Below are positions 50,751 to 64,000 of a stretch of 64,000 nt of DNA, piece by piece. The translations under genes and the position numbers were made by a program. Location of the stretch: assembly GCA_013239625.1 (NCBI GenBank), contig MU054187.1, positions 18,468,711 through 18,532,710 of the forward strand, given 5' to 3'. The number at the start of each line of letters is the position of its first letter. The first letter of the stretch is position 1. The notes beneath the pieces are model-generated. The model ran no database searches. It worked only from the letters and a program-made list of their open reading frames with translations, and was not told the DNA's origin. This stretch comes from Lama guanicoe. Its lineage: Eukaryota.

Positions 50751-51699
50751 TCCCTTGTGTCGGTTAATCTGTGTCAGTCTGATTTCTCATTAGATCGTTT
50801 GCTCCCCAAGCCCTGGCACTGTTTATCTCTGTATCCTTCCAGTCCCAATGCAGCAGGTACTCAAATGTCTGTCAATAAATTAACACAACGCTTGCTGACA
50901 AAAGCCACCACTTCTCTGATTATCCAAACTCTCCATTCACTTGGCCTTAGCAGCTGTGTGGACAGGCTCATTTACTTAACCTCTCTGACGTCTGCTTGGC
51001 ACGGTGCCTGGTGCCCAGTGCTTAATAATGTTAGTTCTCCTTCCATTGTTCACAGTTGGCCCTTTTTGTTTTTTTAAACTTATTTTTAGGAGTATTACTC
51101 ATAGGTAGACTATAAACTAACCATAATGAAGGGGAACATTGACTTTTTATAAAAAGAGTTGAACATTCGCCAACACTTCAGACAAAAGTTCTGGGCACAG
51201 TCACACTGAGGGGAAGCTCTCAGTGTACAGGGTTCTGTGTCATAGAAATGCTAGCGCTCTCCTGAGTGCCCACTATGCTTGGTAATTTATGGAAAGCAAA
51301 ACTGTCCCTATTTTTAGGTACCTTTAACAGTAAACTTTAATAATATGAAAGTTTTGCCTTCATTTCTAAAAATTTTGGAAGTTCTAGAAGTCATCCAGTG
51401 AGTTAGTAAAGGAGATGAAAAGCAAAGTGCAGGCATTTACATGTGCTGAATGAATGAAGAATCATCCACATGTACATACTGTGCACTAAACAAAGCAAAA
51501 CCCCTCTAGAAGATTCTCTGACTTCTGCTGTGTGGAAGCAGCTGCTTCTATGTCTTCGGTACTTAATTATTTCTAGGTGTTACCTTCCCTATCAGACTAT
51601 CAGCTTGTTACTCATTAAGGGAAGGGCTTTAATCGCATCTGTGCCTCTCACAGGACCACAATACCGTGATGCATACACGTTTCACTTAATGTAGCCCTC

Positions 51700-51890
51700 T
51701 GAACAGTGCTTTTCACACTTTCCAGTACTTCAGAAGCTCCTGGAGCGCTGGTTAAAAATGCAATGAAAGAAGCAACCCCAGAGAGTTCAGCTGGCAAATC
51801 TGGGGTGGGACTTGGAAATTCCCCTTTTTTGTTAAAAGCTCCCTGGGTGATTCTGATGTAGTCGTCTCTGATCACCACTTGAGAAAGATC
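51700..51890. mobile_element. MER5-like hAT-Charlie DNA transposon
   Basis: 'cagtgcttttcacactt...ctggagcgctggttaaaaatgca...tctggggtggga...aagctccctgggtgattctgatg...ccacttgagaa'. Confidence 0.65.
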
Positions 51891-52549
51891 TGACCTAGAA
51901 TTACCTTTACTGTGTATGGGCCAGGATGTCCTACACACATGCAAAGGGCCAGAAGAATGAGGACCTCCGACAGAACTTTGTGTCCACCATTAACAGTTTT
52001 CAAGAGTAACAGATGTTTTCTATTAAGTGATGACAAAGTCAAAAGACTTTTGAGTAATTTAGATAGACTAAAAGAAAAAAAAAGTCAGGCCATAATGACA
52101 ATATATACTGGAAAAATGCACCTAAAAAGAGTCCTTCGAGCAAAGCCCACTGACAGCTGGGGTGGGGCTGCCTCTCCCACACACACTGCCCTTTCTGGGA
52201 AGCCCAGGACATGGAAAGGGTAGCGCACTCCCCACGCAACAGGAACAGCAGCCACACGTTCATGTGGGGTTTATCCTTGCTTTACCTTTGAAACACTTTA
52301 TTGGAGGGAAATAAGGAAGTCAGAATGTATTTCTGAGAACGCCATTTCTGCCAGTGTACTTCGGGGTGAACCTTCAGCACTGCAGTCTTTGATAATCGCG
52401 TATACTACTGAGTCTTCCCGTTGTGGGTTTCCAGTGTCCCACATAACAAGACTTAAAATGAATACGCCAGTAAACTCTTTCCCCAGACAGTTCATGCAGT
52501 TCTTAAATGGTTGTTTTATTCAAAGATTTAGCCTAAGTATAAAAATCCA

Positions 52550-52780
52550 GAAGAGGCAACATAGTGATTGAGAGTGTGGACTCTGGAGCCAAATGACGAG
52601 ACATGTGCCCAGCTCTATCCCAGAAATATGCAACCCTGAGATAGCTACTTTCTCTCTCTGCTTCTGTTTCCTCAGTTGTAAAATGGGAATAATAATTATG
52701 TTTGTCTCCTAGGTTCTTGTGAGCATGAAATGAGTTAACATATGCCAGGTCCTTATAAATGTTCGAGACATGTTAGCTAC
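52550..52780 (+). mobile_element. MIR SINE
   Basis: 'gagagtgtggactctggagcca...ctgtttcctcagttgtaaaatgggaataataat...gttcttgtgagcatgaaatgagttaa'. Confidence 0.75.
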
Positions 52781-52781
52781 T

Positions 52782-52837
52782 ACCATCCTCATCATCACCA
52801 CCTCCACCACCACCACCACCACCACCACCGTCACCAT
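52782..52837 (+). repeat. Imperfect (CCA/CAT)n trinucleotide repeat at the MIR tail
   Basis: accatcctcatcatcaccacctccaccaccaccaccaccaccaccaccgtcaccatc. Confidence 0.85.
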
Positions 52838-54269
52838 CAAAACAAACCCAGTGGCACCTGCTGTTCCAGCGCCGCAGTGATGGAGAGTATGAGAGCACAC
52901 CCAGATACAATGCAGTTATAATGAAACCAATAAAGGGTTTCTGTAGAAGGTAAGTTTTGGGGTGTGGGTTTTCTTTCAATAATTTGCTCTGATTCAAATC
53001 TTACTTATTTTAATGGTATACATTCCTCTCTTAAAATTATAAATGTTCTACCAAATGAAAGCAACTTCTTCTTCTTGAAATGAATGTTGAATTTCCTTTG
53101 AGGATGTGAGGCAAAATAGCACTGAACAAAAGGAAGTAAAATTCAGAGAACTACACATTTACCAGTCCACATTTCCCTGCATTAACCATACTGTAACTAA
53201 AAACAAGAAAGCAGCATCTATGGTCAGCCACAAAAGGGTCCCGGTGATTCATCCGCTCTAGCATCTTTCCCACCGTGGCTCGGGGAACCCTGAGGGGCAG
53301 GCAGACTAATTTTACCCACCTCCTAGCACTCCTCCTTCTTTAATTCTTGATGGATTAAGACTTTAATGAAGCTACTTTATTTTTAGCACATATTATTTCT
53401 TGGAAGGGGAAGATGATTATTTCAACAGGTTCATTATTTGTTCTTCTCGGAAGCATTTTTTAGCTTCTTTTTATATTCACCATTTCAATAGTAGACTTAA
53501 CCTGCAACCATCCCCTTTCTTGAAGGACCTGACACGGTCTCCTTTATGTCTTCTTTCTATAATGAAGTTTTGTCATTCTTTTATTTAATTAGTTCTTTCT
53601 TCCTTATTCCTTTGATTATACCAATGAACTCTTTCTACTAAAAAATGTACAAATGCTCATAAACATAATTTTGCTACAATTTCAAGAGCTTCACAGATTA
53701 CCTGAGGGTCATCTATGGACCTCTAAGATTAAGAAGTTCTGCTCTAGATTGTAAGTCTGTTTGTATTTTTTGAGGTAAAAGAAATAGACTCTCATTCCAT
53801 TTACACAACAACAGGGCCTTGTGATATTTCTGTTGTTTTATTTCAATGTGTTCCTTGAGGAAAGCTAGGACTTCAGTGAACAAGCTCACTGGGCCACTGC
53901 TCACAGCCACACAGCTGGTAAATGGCAGAACCAACGTCTACCACAACCCTACTTTCTAAAGGGTATGAGGCTGAAGTCTACGACAGACGTAAAGAAGAAA
54001 TTTTTCTTTCATCACCCCTGGTTACTTCCTTAAGTCTAAACCTATTAGGAATGGATACGGACAGGTGTTAAAAGAGAATTAGATCCACAGTAGCATAATA
54101 TTTTCAATTTTAAAAACATGGAACAAACAGGTAAATAAATAAAATGTATCCAGCAAAGGAACAGGCTTAAGAGGACAATCTTAAGAAACTGGATGGGCCC
54201 CCACCTTGAACGTTTATACAATAAATGTTTATTTACACCAAATACTTATACCAAAATGTGTCTGAAATG

Positions 54270-54790
54270 TTCAGAGGTACTGCTGGTTGTCACAACGATC
54301 AGGTTTACATCAGCAGGGGTAGATGGGATGGACACATTCTGTAACGCACAGGACTCTTCTGTACAGCAGAGTGGTCCTGCGTCTGTGCTAGACATTGATG
54401 TGGGTGAAAAACCTGCTTACAATTATCTAAGCCTAGAACTCTGTCTGCTAAATATAAAACGTTGTTTTTTTAAATAATAGTTTAAGTATACACTAAATTT
54501 CCACGAATGTGATTACTGTGTAAGTTAATGGAAGACTGACTTTGTCCAGAACATTAGCAAAAGTTGTTCACTATTTCAGAAAATCACACTGCTGTAAGCA
54601 ACACCACCGTTTCATCTTTGTGTCTTGCTGTGTTGGTTATATGTACCTTCTTTACAGCTTAAACTTTGGCTTCACCTTTGCACTGGGAGGAGATCGTCTC
54701 CTTTACACCTGCCGCCTGAAAATATATGATTTATCTCCTCACCTTTCAATAAAATGCATTGATAAAAACTTAATTAAAATATCAATACCA
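54270..54790. mobile_element. MER20B-like hAT-Charlie remnant
   Basis: 'ggttgtcacaacga...acattctgtaacgcacaggac...gggtgaaaaacctgcttacaattatctaagcctagaact'. Confidence 0.5.
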
Positions 54791-54791
54791 A

Positions 54792-54950
54792 AGCACTGCT
54801 CCCCAACATAACTTTCTGTGATGACAGAAACATTCTATAAAATGTGGTGATTGAACACTTGAAATATGGCTAATGTGACTGAAGCACCGGATTTTCAAAT
54901 TTTATTTAATTTGAATTAAATTTAAATAGCCATTTGACAGTGCAGCTGTA
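54792..54950. mobile_element. MER3-like hAT-Charlie MITE
   Basis: 'actttctgtgatgacagaaacattctata...ttgaacacttgaaatatggctaatgtgactga...aatttaaatagcca...gacagtgcag'. Confidence 0.7.
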
Positions 54951-57900
54951 GACCATTTCAAATTAACAATAAAAACAGTAAGTATACTTGTCCTGCAACA
55001 TACAGATATACATGGTGGCAGAAAAGCCAGTTTTACAGGAATAATAGCACTTTGAAATAGTTTGTTATAATAATTGTTAGATCCAGCAATAATAAACCAT
55101 CAGATCCATGGCTGCCATTCCTGACCCCTCGAATGTTTCCTTCCTTTCTGTTACTTTATGTATTTTTCCTCAAGTCTGTGTGACATTGTACTAGATACAT
55201 AGCAACTGTACTGTCTTATTACTTAGAGGTTACAACAAAATTCTCCGTTAAAGATAGCTTCCGCCGCGTTACAGATAGAAAATTAAGATACATGGAAGTC
55301 ACTTGCCTAACACAAAGCTGTATAAGAGGATTCACAGATTTTTTTTTTTCCGCTGCCTTAAGTTCTCAATTACATGTGGCTTCTTCCAAGAACTGCAAAC
55401 CTAGTCACTTTAGGGGTGACAAGGAGTCACCTTTTCATACGGTGTCTTCCCTTTGAAATAAGCTGTGAGTCATGCTGCTGCCCTCCAATTCATTATTTCG
55501 ATTGTTCCCCTCTAGCAAAATGGTGCCTTTCAGTGGTAACAATAATGAATTATATTATCAGAAAGAAATCTCCGTCCTTCATGCAATGTTGCCTATTTTT
55601 CAGACCTTTTTTTATTAGAAAAAAACCTTAGATACTAGTGTTTCAGAAATGTTGTATTCATATTAAAACCACTGAATACTGTTGTGTTGAAAGCACAGAG
55701 GATGTCTCCAGTGAGCACATTCAAAATGAAAGTAGCCTATGTTTTCACTGCTGGGTGTGTTTCCTTCTTTCAACTTTAAGTGCTTGCCTCTGACTGATCT
55801 CTGTGAACTCCAGCCTACATGGATTCAATCCCAGCCTTCACCATGACCGCTCTCCTCCACTGTGCACTTTCGCAGACCATATGCTGCAGTCAGTGCGCCT
55901 GCATGTCTGAGCTGTTTAGGAAAAGGGCAATTAAATCTGGTTTTGCATTTCTGTATTAAGAACATGGTTTAAAGACTTTCCTTTGGAGAGGTTTTTGACA
56001 TTGTTTCCACAGATATTCTTTAACATCTGTCAGTACATGCTGGTGATGGTTCTCGTAGACTTAGAATAGACAGAATCTCTCCGACTAGTTCTTTGATATT
56101 ACATGTATTAAATAATACAAAGCTGACAAATACAAGGCTTGGACTGAACCTTAGTATCCAAAGAGGATATTGTGAGGAATTCTGACTTTACTAGTCAATT
56201 TAGCTGTTTTGCTGTAATCATAATTCTCAGAGGTTTTCAAAATAGCTCTTTTGAAATCATTAACCACCTATGTTTTCATCCCAACAAGTTAAAATAGTTT
56301 AGAACTTTTTCTCATTTTCTTACAAATCGTTTCTTAAAATTATAAGACTTCAGAAGTAATTTTTTCTTTTCTATTTTGAAAAGAAAAGGCTAAGATATTT
56401 CTAATGGTTCGATAAACACCTATTTGTTTTTTTTAATTCATACAAATGTTAGCAGTAATGTTGATCTCTATGTGAAGCCAGCACCTTGTCTGTCTGTCCA
56501 TGGGTGTGTGTGTGTGTGTGTAGAGGGAGAGAGGTTACACGTGTGCATGAGGGAATTTGTGCACTTTGTTCTTCTTTAAATGAACTGTCTGGGTATCAAT
56601 TTCCTCATCTTTGAAAAGCACAATGTTAAAACGGATCTAAGGTTTCCTGCAGTTTTATGATTTTATTCTACTTTTATACAATTTTAAGTGTTTGAAAACA
56701 GAGATAAAGAGCAATTAGCTGCAAAACTGATTAAATATATACACAAAATGCAAAATTTTCAGACTTTTTATTATCTATATAAAATATTATTTTAGTCTGA
56801 AATAGTCAGTTAACAAGTGAACTTTTATACACAGACTCTGGTATATTTCAGGTTTAACTCCCTTTTCCAAAGGCTTCCTTGATCTATCTGGCCTCCTGCT
56901 TCTTGCTGTGAAGCTGCCTATCAGGTCTGCCTCACCACCGTACCATCAATACTGCTTTATTGAGCTCAGCAGCCACAGTTAGTAAAAACAAAGGCAGGGA
57001 GTGCTCATGAAGTTCCATAGCTCTCCGATGTTTCAGCTCATTCAGATTTAAAGAATAGCATAACCTTAAGTCCTAGTTTATTATCCCAGGCCATTGGAAG
57101 ATGTAGATGGAAAACACAAATTATGATGATCATAACTTCTGCTCCCTGAATCAGCCCTCTGAAAAAATAAATGATTATCCCTTAAAAAATACTACATGGA
57201 GTGTGCGTTACGTACTAGGCCAACATAAACAATGCATACCAACTGGGACTGGAAGTCTACACGCCTTCATGGTGCTAAGCAATAAATATTTATTCATAAT
57301 ACTAAAGTGCATTTCCTCAAGTTGCAATCATCCTGGATAAGGGTCTTAATCTTTTTCTGCAATTGTAATATAAATATAGAATTTTGTTTTTCCCTTAAAC
57401 CAAGTTCTTTTTAACCCTGACCTGCCAATGAGTATTTTGTGCCACAAACAGAAGTTTTGTCTCTTGTTCAAGTATTGATTTATTTTATGAAATGTGAAAA
57501 TGGAATATTTACAAATGTCCTATAAATAACTTCACTTTTTAATAATGTGGAATATGTCAGAATACATTACATATAGCATCAAAAATGACCATTACAATCT
57601 TTTCTCAGAGTTAACAAAAGAAGATGTGCCAAGAAATTAGGAAAAAGAAAACCCTATAATCTAATAATCATATCAAGCCTATTTTTATTAAAAAACACTT
57701 TGTGCTGGTCAGAACATGCATATATATACATATATATGAAGGGGACAAAAAAACCCAAAGGAAACAGAAGGAGTAAATGGTTTCAGGCAGCTGAGATATG
57801 CTGATGACTAACATGAGATCAAAGTTGGAGCTAGAATTACAGCATCTAAGCAAAAAGGGATATATTCTGTGGTGTATAATTTTTGTTTTATGAGAAGAAA

Positions 57901-59649
57901 ATATATACATTTATTGCCAGAGATAAGTTTTGTCAGTGTAGAACAGAGGAAGGAATATGAGCTTTAAAACATTATAGAAAGGTCTACATCTGACTGTGAC
58001 TGAGTACAAGAAACTTACCTCGTATGGACTGTTTACTATCTGTGAAGTGAGGGTTCAATACATAACACCTGGCAAGGTCAATGTGCCGCTTAATGCATTA
58101 CAGGTATGGAAAGTGTCTGGCACATAATACAAACTCAATAAATAAAACTCAGTTCACTACACTGATACTTTATAAAGTAGAATAGAAAACTGAAAGGATA
58201 ATAACTGCAAATATAATTTTATTAAAGATAACTAAAATACTGCTCAAATGGACAAGTCTGACAGCAACTGTCAATATATATAAAAGAAGCGAAAGGAAAA
58301 CAAAACTCATCGAAGGCATTCTTTGAGTCTGAATTTGGGGCTGAGGCAGGAGGATAGTAAAATCCAGGGATTACTTTATAATTTACAGGGACACACTCGT
58401 TGACTCTACAGGGAATTAGAGCTGAGAGGCAAAACACAATCAACCACCTGTGGAAGCTTCTGACAATTTTTTCTTTTCTTTTTTAAAAAATATTGATGCC
58501 CGAGGTCCAACCCAGACCTACTCCATCAAAATCAATAGGATAGAGCTGGAGATTCATGCACATTTGGGAAAAACTCAAATGGGTCTGGTTCATAAAGCAT
58601 TGGTTACAGTGTTCAGAAGTTACATTCTCTGAGTCTGTCTCAATCAAATTCCAAATGAATGGCTCATGGCAGTTTTGGGGCCAAGCTGAATCTTGCTCAG
58701 TTTAAGCTTTAATTTCCCTAATAAGTGCATGCAGTACAGACATTATGCAGAAGGTCAAAGTTAGAACTGCACATTTTGAATATTGAATATGAGATGAGCG
58801 AAGTTGTTTCTCCATTATGAAAACTGAAAAGATTTATATGGATTTCCATCAAAACAAAGGGCTGGGTCATTTCAGGGTGGCTAGATAAAGATTACTGCAG
58901 TTGAGGATCTATTTCCATGACCAGAAGATTTTCGTCATCACTTCTCCAGTGCTTGAAAACCTAACGCTTGCTAGCACACGTAACAACAAATTTAGCTTGA
59001 AAATTATCTTATGGCAGATGTTATCTCCTGTTTATTGCATCCCTAAAATGTCCTTAATAATGTCCTTCAATGACAGAACCTCTGTCTCCAGATTCCTAAT
59101 TCCTGCACTTTCAACTACATTAAGAGAACAGAAGACTTCTAAATTCATTGTACCAACCCATTTTCAGAGTTTCCTTTTTTCTTTTAATCTTGTTTCTGTC
59201 TCTTGGAATTAGTTACTTATCAAATAAGGATTACTGAATTTTCAACAAACACCTATTCAACTGGGGTCAGGGGATACCAACAAGGAAGAGAGGAAGTATC
59301 CCGCCCCCTCCCAATCCATGGAGGCACAGATGGAGTGAAAAGCCATTTTCTACCAGTTCCCTCAGTGGGAGGTAGAACTATTTTAGCAGGTCAGTCCTGA
59401 TTTCTGGGCCCTTTTCAACAAGAGATGAGGCTGTTAGATGCTTTTTGGAAAGCCAAACACTTAAGAGGTTATTATCATGGTAGCCTACATGGGCTGGCAA
59501 GGGTCAGAGAGAGAAAAATCTTTCATTAAAGAATCAGATCCCCCATGTGACTAAGGATATGGGAACAGAGTAAGAGCCCTGAGAAGGTGGGCCCAGCATA
59601 AGTGCTTGTCCTGTGTCTGGGGCTCCAATCTGTCAATTTGTTCATTGGT

Positions 59650-60240
59650 TCACTGGTTCATTCATTCATTCATTCATTCAGCAAATATTTCTGAAAGGCC
59701 CATCTGGGGCAGGTACTGTTCTAGGTTGTGGAGTAACCAATGTATAAGAAAGACAGGGTTCCGGTACTCACAAGGCTTACACTGCAGTTGGGGGAAAAAG
59801 TAATAAACAAACAAACAAATCAGACAGGAGTGAGTGCTGTGCAGAAAATTAAAATAAGGAATGCCATTAGACTGGGTGGTGAGAGAAGGCATCTCTGAAG
59901 AAGTGACATTTAAGTGGAGCCCTGGATGACAAAAAAGGTGCCAGCTGTGCAAAGATAGGGGTAGAGCATTTCAGGCAGAGGCAGTTAGTTCAAAGGCTCT
60001 AAGGTAGGAAAGAGTTGGTATGATTAAAGAAACAAGAGAAGGCCAGTGTGGTCGGAGAGCATGTGGCGAACGGACACTGGTAGGAATCGGAGGTCAGAGA
60101 AGGCAGGCCATACATGGTCCTTCATACGCCACTATGAAAGATTTGGGGATTATTTTAGGGAAATGCATGATCAAATTTCTGTTTTTAAGATCACTCTGGC
60201 TACTCTTTGGAAAATGAATTGTAGGCAACACAGATGGAAA
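59650..60240 (-). mobile_element. L2 LINE fragment, antisense
   Basis: (TTCA)n tail, then 'gcaaatatttctga...gaaggcatctctgaagaagtgacatttaag...ttttaagatcactctggct'. Confidence 0.8.
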
Positions 60241-60679
60241 GATGCTGGGTAGGGAGGATAGAAGTGCTGATCAGAAACTTATCCATGGGCAAAGGCACTG
60301 CAGTGAGACTTAGCTGTGCTGGCACATCAAATTCCAGGCTCACAGCAGCCAGGTCTAACCCTACCCGTAATACCGTGTGTCCTAGTTATAATTCATTCAG
60401 GATCACAGTAGAGCTGGGCTGAACCCCTTGATATGCTGCTTGCATTCTTGTTTTAATAAACAAGGTAAGTGTAGAACCACCTACTTCCTGTCCTAACTGG
60501 CACAGCCTGGCTTTTTGGTTCTCTGGGGTGGCAAACCAACTTGGAAATAGAGTTGGATGCTTATGGACAGATAGCAGTTGACAAAGTTTTCAAAGATGTG
60601 TGGTGGGATCTGAGGAGGCAGGACTTCGAAAATTTTCTAAAGCAATGGCTACTCCTACATTTGCTTGTTGATGTAAGTG

Positions 60680-61070
60680 TGCAATAATGCTTGGGCTGCT
60701 ATAACAAAAGACCATGGGACTGGGTGTCTTAAACGTCAGAAATTCATTTTCTCATAGTAGTGGAGGCTAGAAGCCCAAGATCAAGGTTCTGGTTGATTAG
60801 ACTTCCAGAAGAGACTCTCCCAGCTTGCAGACTGCTGCCCTCTCCCTATGTCTTCACATGGCCCTTCCTCAGTGCACACAGAGCAAGGGAGTACTCTCAT
60901 GTCTCCTCCTCCTTTTATAAGGACACCAATCCCACTAGATTAGGACCCCCACTCTGAAGACCTCACTTCACCTTTATTTCTGCCTCATAGGCCTATCTCC
61001 AATACAGTCGTACTGGGGGCTAGCGCTTCAACATACGAACTTTGGGAGGACACAATTCAGTCTATAACAA
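60680..61070 (-). mobile_element. MaLR LTR (MLT1A/B-like)
   Basis: 'gggctgctataacaaaagacca...cagaaattcattttctcatag...ttataaggacaccaatccc...gggaggacacaattcagtctataaca'. Confidence 0.85.
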
Positions 61071-63449
61071 TGCATTATTGTGAATTTCTATTTGTGTGAG
61101 TACATATAGATGTTAATTTTTTTGAAATATCTATTTATTACCATTAAATATCAAGGAGATAGTCAGGATATGAAGAATAAGTCTGTGATCTCAAGGAGTT
61201 TGGAGTCTAGCAGGGAGATAAACAATTACAATGAAAGTGGAATACTACACTAGACGTAGTATTTGTAAATGCAAAGAATTCTCTTAGGAAAAAAAAGTCA
61301 GGCAAGCACAAGGAGAAGAGCTGACAGTTATGCTTAATTTTATAGAAGGAGGGGGAATTCACCAGTGAGTCAGAGAAGAAAATCCAGACCTACCTCAAAA
61401 CACAACCTTGATGGAAAAGGTCTTCTGACTACCTCAGCCTGAAGACATACATCCTTTTACAGAGTTTCAAGAATAATTATTTTTTGCAGAGTTCTGTTGG
61501 CCATTAAAGTAGTGCTCTGAGATACAGCTTCTACTGTTGTCTTCAACTACTGTTTAAATCTTTCATTATCAATAACTTTTCATGAGTGCATGCCTTGCTG
61601 GAGTTTCTTCAAGGTAAGGAACACATCTGATGAATCCTTCAACAAAGTAGGAGCTTAGTAAATGGATGTTTGCTTTGATTTGATGAAAATAAAGGATGTA
61701 CAAGAGAGAACTTAGATGTGAGAACTGGAAGTGTTATAATCAGATTCTGACACCTTATTAACGAAGAGAATATTCCTGGTTAATTTCTCTGGGTCTCATT
61801 TTTTTCTGTCAAAAGAGAGAACTGACTAGATATCGATGGTTCCGTCAAGCTGTGTGGACATAATAGTTCAATCTTCATGAACCTCCATGAACATATGAGT
61901 TCAGGCCCTCATTCAACAACCCCATCTAATCAGGGGTGATCTTAAAGGCACCAATCTTTACTACTTTTTAAAATCTCCTTTCCCTTCTTGTTCAGATTTT
62001 ATATGAGGAATTAAAAGGCCACAAACATTCATTCAATATTATGTTTAACATAAAAGAGACAAGGGAAGGGACAACAATACAAAAATTCAATTATCAGTCC
62101 TTAAAGTTTAAATTTTAACTTTAAACTACAGTTAACATCTAGGGTAGCTGTTCTACTTCAAGGGAGCTGTACAGAAAACCAGGACAGATAATACTGGCAA
62201 GCAAATTAAATACTCACCTTTGCTTTCTAGTGATTAGATTTAAACATATGGTTTAAGCATTTAAACAAACAAACAAAAAACATTCCAGCTATACACAAAG
62301 AGATTTGCTAAAATGTGAAACAGGTAAATCATGCACCTTCTATTTTGTCACAAAATCTCATCCTGAAGGAGCCAGTAGGTTAAGAAGAAACAACTCAAAA
62401 AGGTATCTTCTATAACAATTCTGACATAGACTAGTTTAGTAATTATCAAAAAAGAAATAGTTCCATTTGAAAAGTTGGTTACAATTCTGACTTTGGACTC
62501 ACAAACTCTTTTGTCAAATCACATTAAATAAACTGGTTGTTAAAAACTAGTGCCTGCAAACGTAATTCTGATGCCCAAGTATGGGACAGGCTCCATGAGC
62601 ACAAAACTATGCCAGCTCTACCTTTTAAATAGAGTTTGCCAAGATGAGTGTGTTATTAGCCAGGGGCTTGGCTGAAACAATCCACTGCCCACAAAGCTAC
62701 TTTAATGTACTGTCTCTATTGAGAATCACAGTAATCCAACAATACACTACGATACTTTCCCATCCCTGCAGCAATTCCCACCACAGGCAACACTTTGTCT
62801 CCGACAAAGAAGCCTCAGATTCTACGTCTGCACAAACCCCAACCCTGACTAGTACTGTGTGGCTGCCAAGAGGAACATCTGTGCGCTCGACAGTACACAA
62901 AACTGGCTCTTTTCTTTCTTCTTGCTTTCTTTTACTTTCTGTTTTCTTCTTTTTTATTTCCCAGACAATAAACTGTGTGACTGGTAAGGAAATGGTCTTT
63001 CATTCCCTTCCTCTTCCCTTTTACTTATTTGTTTGTTTGTTTAATGTGACAAAAAAACTACATCTGCCATTTACTGTCACTTTAAGTCCAAATCCTGAAA
63101 ACACATCACCTTAAGCCCAAATCCTGATTCCATGTGAGCCTGGACTTGAGATCATTTGAAGACTGCTGACTTTAAAGATGAAGATCCTTAAAGGTATATT
63201 AGTGAAAAGACCCTATCCAATTCTGAGAATGTTCTAGAATGTCATTTATATTTCTAGAGTGAAAAATCCAAATAAAACAGTATAAAGTAGTAATATACTC
63301 TCAAGAATAAAAAAAACTCGTAAACTATATGTTCCCAGTCGAAAGTTTACAACATAAGCTATTATTTCCATAAGAATATTACATTTTGGTGTTTTATGTC
63401 AAAGACAGACTTTTCTGTTATGTTTATCTTCACCTCAAATCAATATTTG

Positions 63450-64000
63450 GGCTTAAAGAAGTAGAAGAAATTAAGGTGAACCAAGAGACAAATGCACAAA
63501 GAATATGACTGGGAATTCACCAGAGAAAAATTACATATTACAGGCCTATAAACTCCTCTCTGCTCCCCCAATGAAAGAAAAAAAATGCTCAATTTCATTA
63601 ATGACCAAATAGATAGAAATTAAATCTAGATACTTTTGTTATCAGTGGTTAAAATTTTAAAACAGAGTACCCATGTTTGCAAAGGAATGGAATAGTTGGC
63701 ATTTGAAATTAGTAATACCTTTCTAGAGAGCAATTTGGCAGTATAAGTGTTATACCAATTTGCCCAGCAATTTCACTTTTAGGATTTTATCCAAAACAAG
63801 TAAGAGAGATGGGCATACAGATGTTCACTGTAGCTTTATTTAAAACGAAAACAATTTAGAAACAGATAAATATCTAATTATAGAGGTTCTGCTATATAAG
63901 TTATGCTACATCTCTTTAAGGAGTACTATACAACCAAGAAAAATAAAATTTATAGGAATATATATTAAAAATATTCACTGCATAGTTAAGTGAAAATAGC
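63450..64000 (+). mobile_element. Old L1ME-like fragment
   Basis: 'aaaaatgctcaatttca...ctttctagagagcaatttggcagtat...cccagcaatttcacttttaggatttta...gatgttcactgtagctttattt'. Confidence 0.65.

Larger units (their letters stand above)
48895..64000 (-). other. MRPS28: Last intron of MRPS28 (continues beyond the window)
   Basis: AG acceptor at 48895-48896 with a polypyrimidine tract. No upstream MRPS28 exon (…LYIDFGGKFHCVC…) was found in the remaining 15 kb. Confidence 0.85.

Noticed and set aside
62101..62124. Near-perfect 24-bp palindrome ttaaagtttaaattttaactttaa
   Set aside because: Almost purely A/T, so plausible by chance in this composition.
62644..63114. 156-aa plus-strand ORF in the MRPS28 intron
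   Set aside because: Runs through low-complexity T-rich sequence with no recognisable product; consistent with chance.

Overview
This is mammalian nuclear DNA, most likely from a camelid (Camelus/Vicugna/Lama), judged from two tRNA-derived vic-1-like SINEs and camelid-type L1 3' UTRs. The only protein-coding sequence I can support is the terminal coding exon of MRPS28 (mitochondrial ribosomal protein S28/bS1m) on the minus strand at 48726-48894, followed by a short 3' UTR. Everything to its right (48895-64000) is the preceding intron. Everything to its left is intergenic; by recalled mammalian synteny it runs towards HEY1, which is not in the window. Much of the window is transposable-element debris (L1, L2, MIR, MaLR/ERV LTRs, MER/MARNA DNA transposons) plus microsatellites. 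Non-coding points of interest are an orphan CpG island (~25.8-26.7 kb) containing a hidden 31-bp-period array, an AmnSINE1-like ancient SINE (~21.5 kb), a tailless 5S rRNA retropseudogene with target-site duplication (45.7 kb), several rearranged L1 insertions, and non-canonical MRPS28 poly(A) signals. I found no evidence of a novel multi-gene system. Nearly all ORFs in the track are chance or repeat-derived. Repeat family names come from recalled consensus sequences, not from a search, and their boundaries are approximate.
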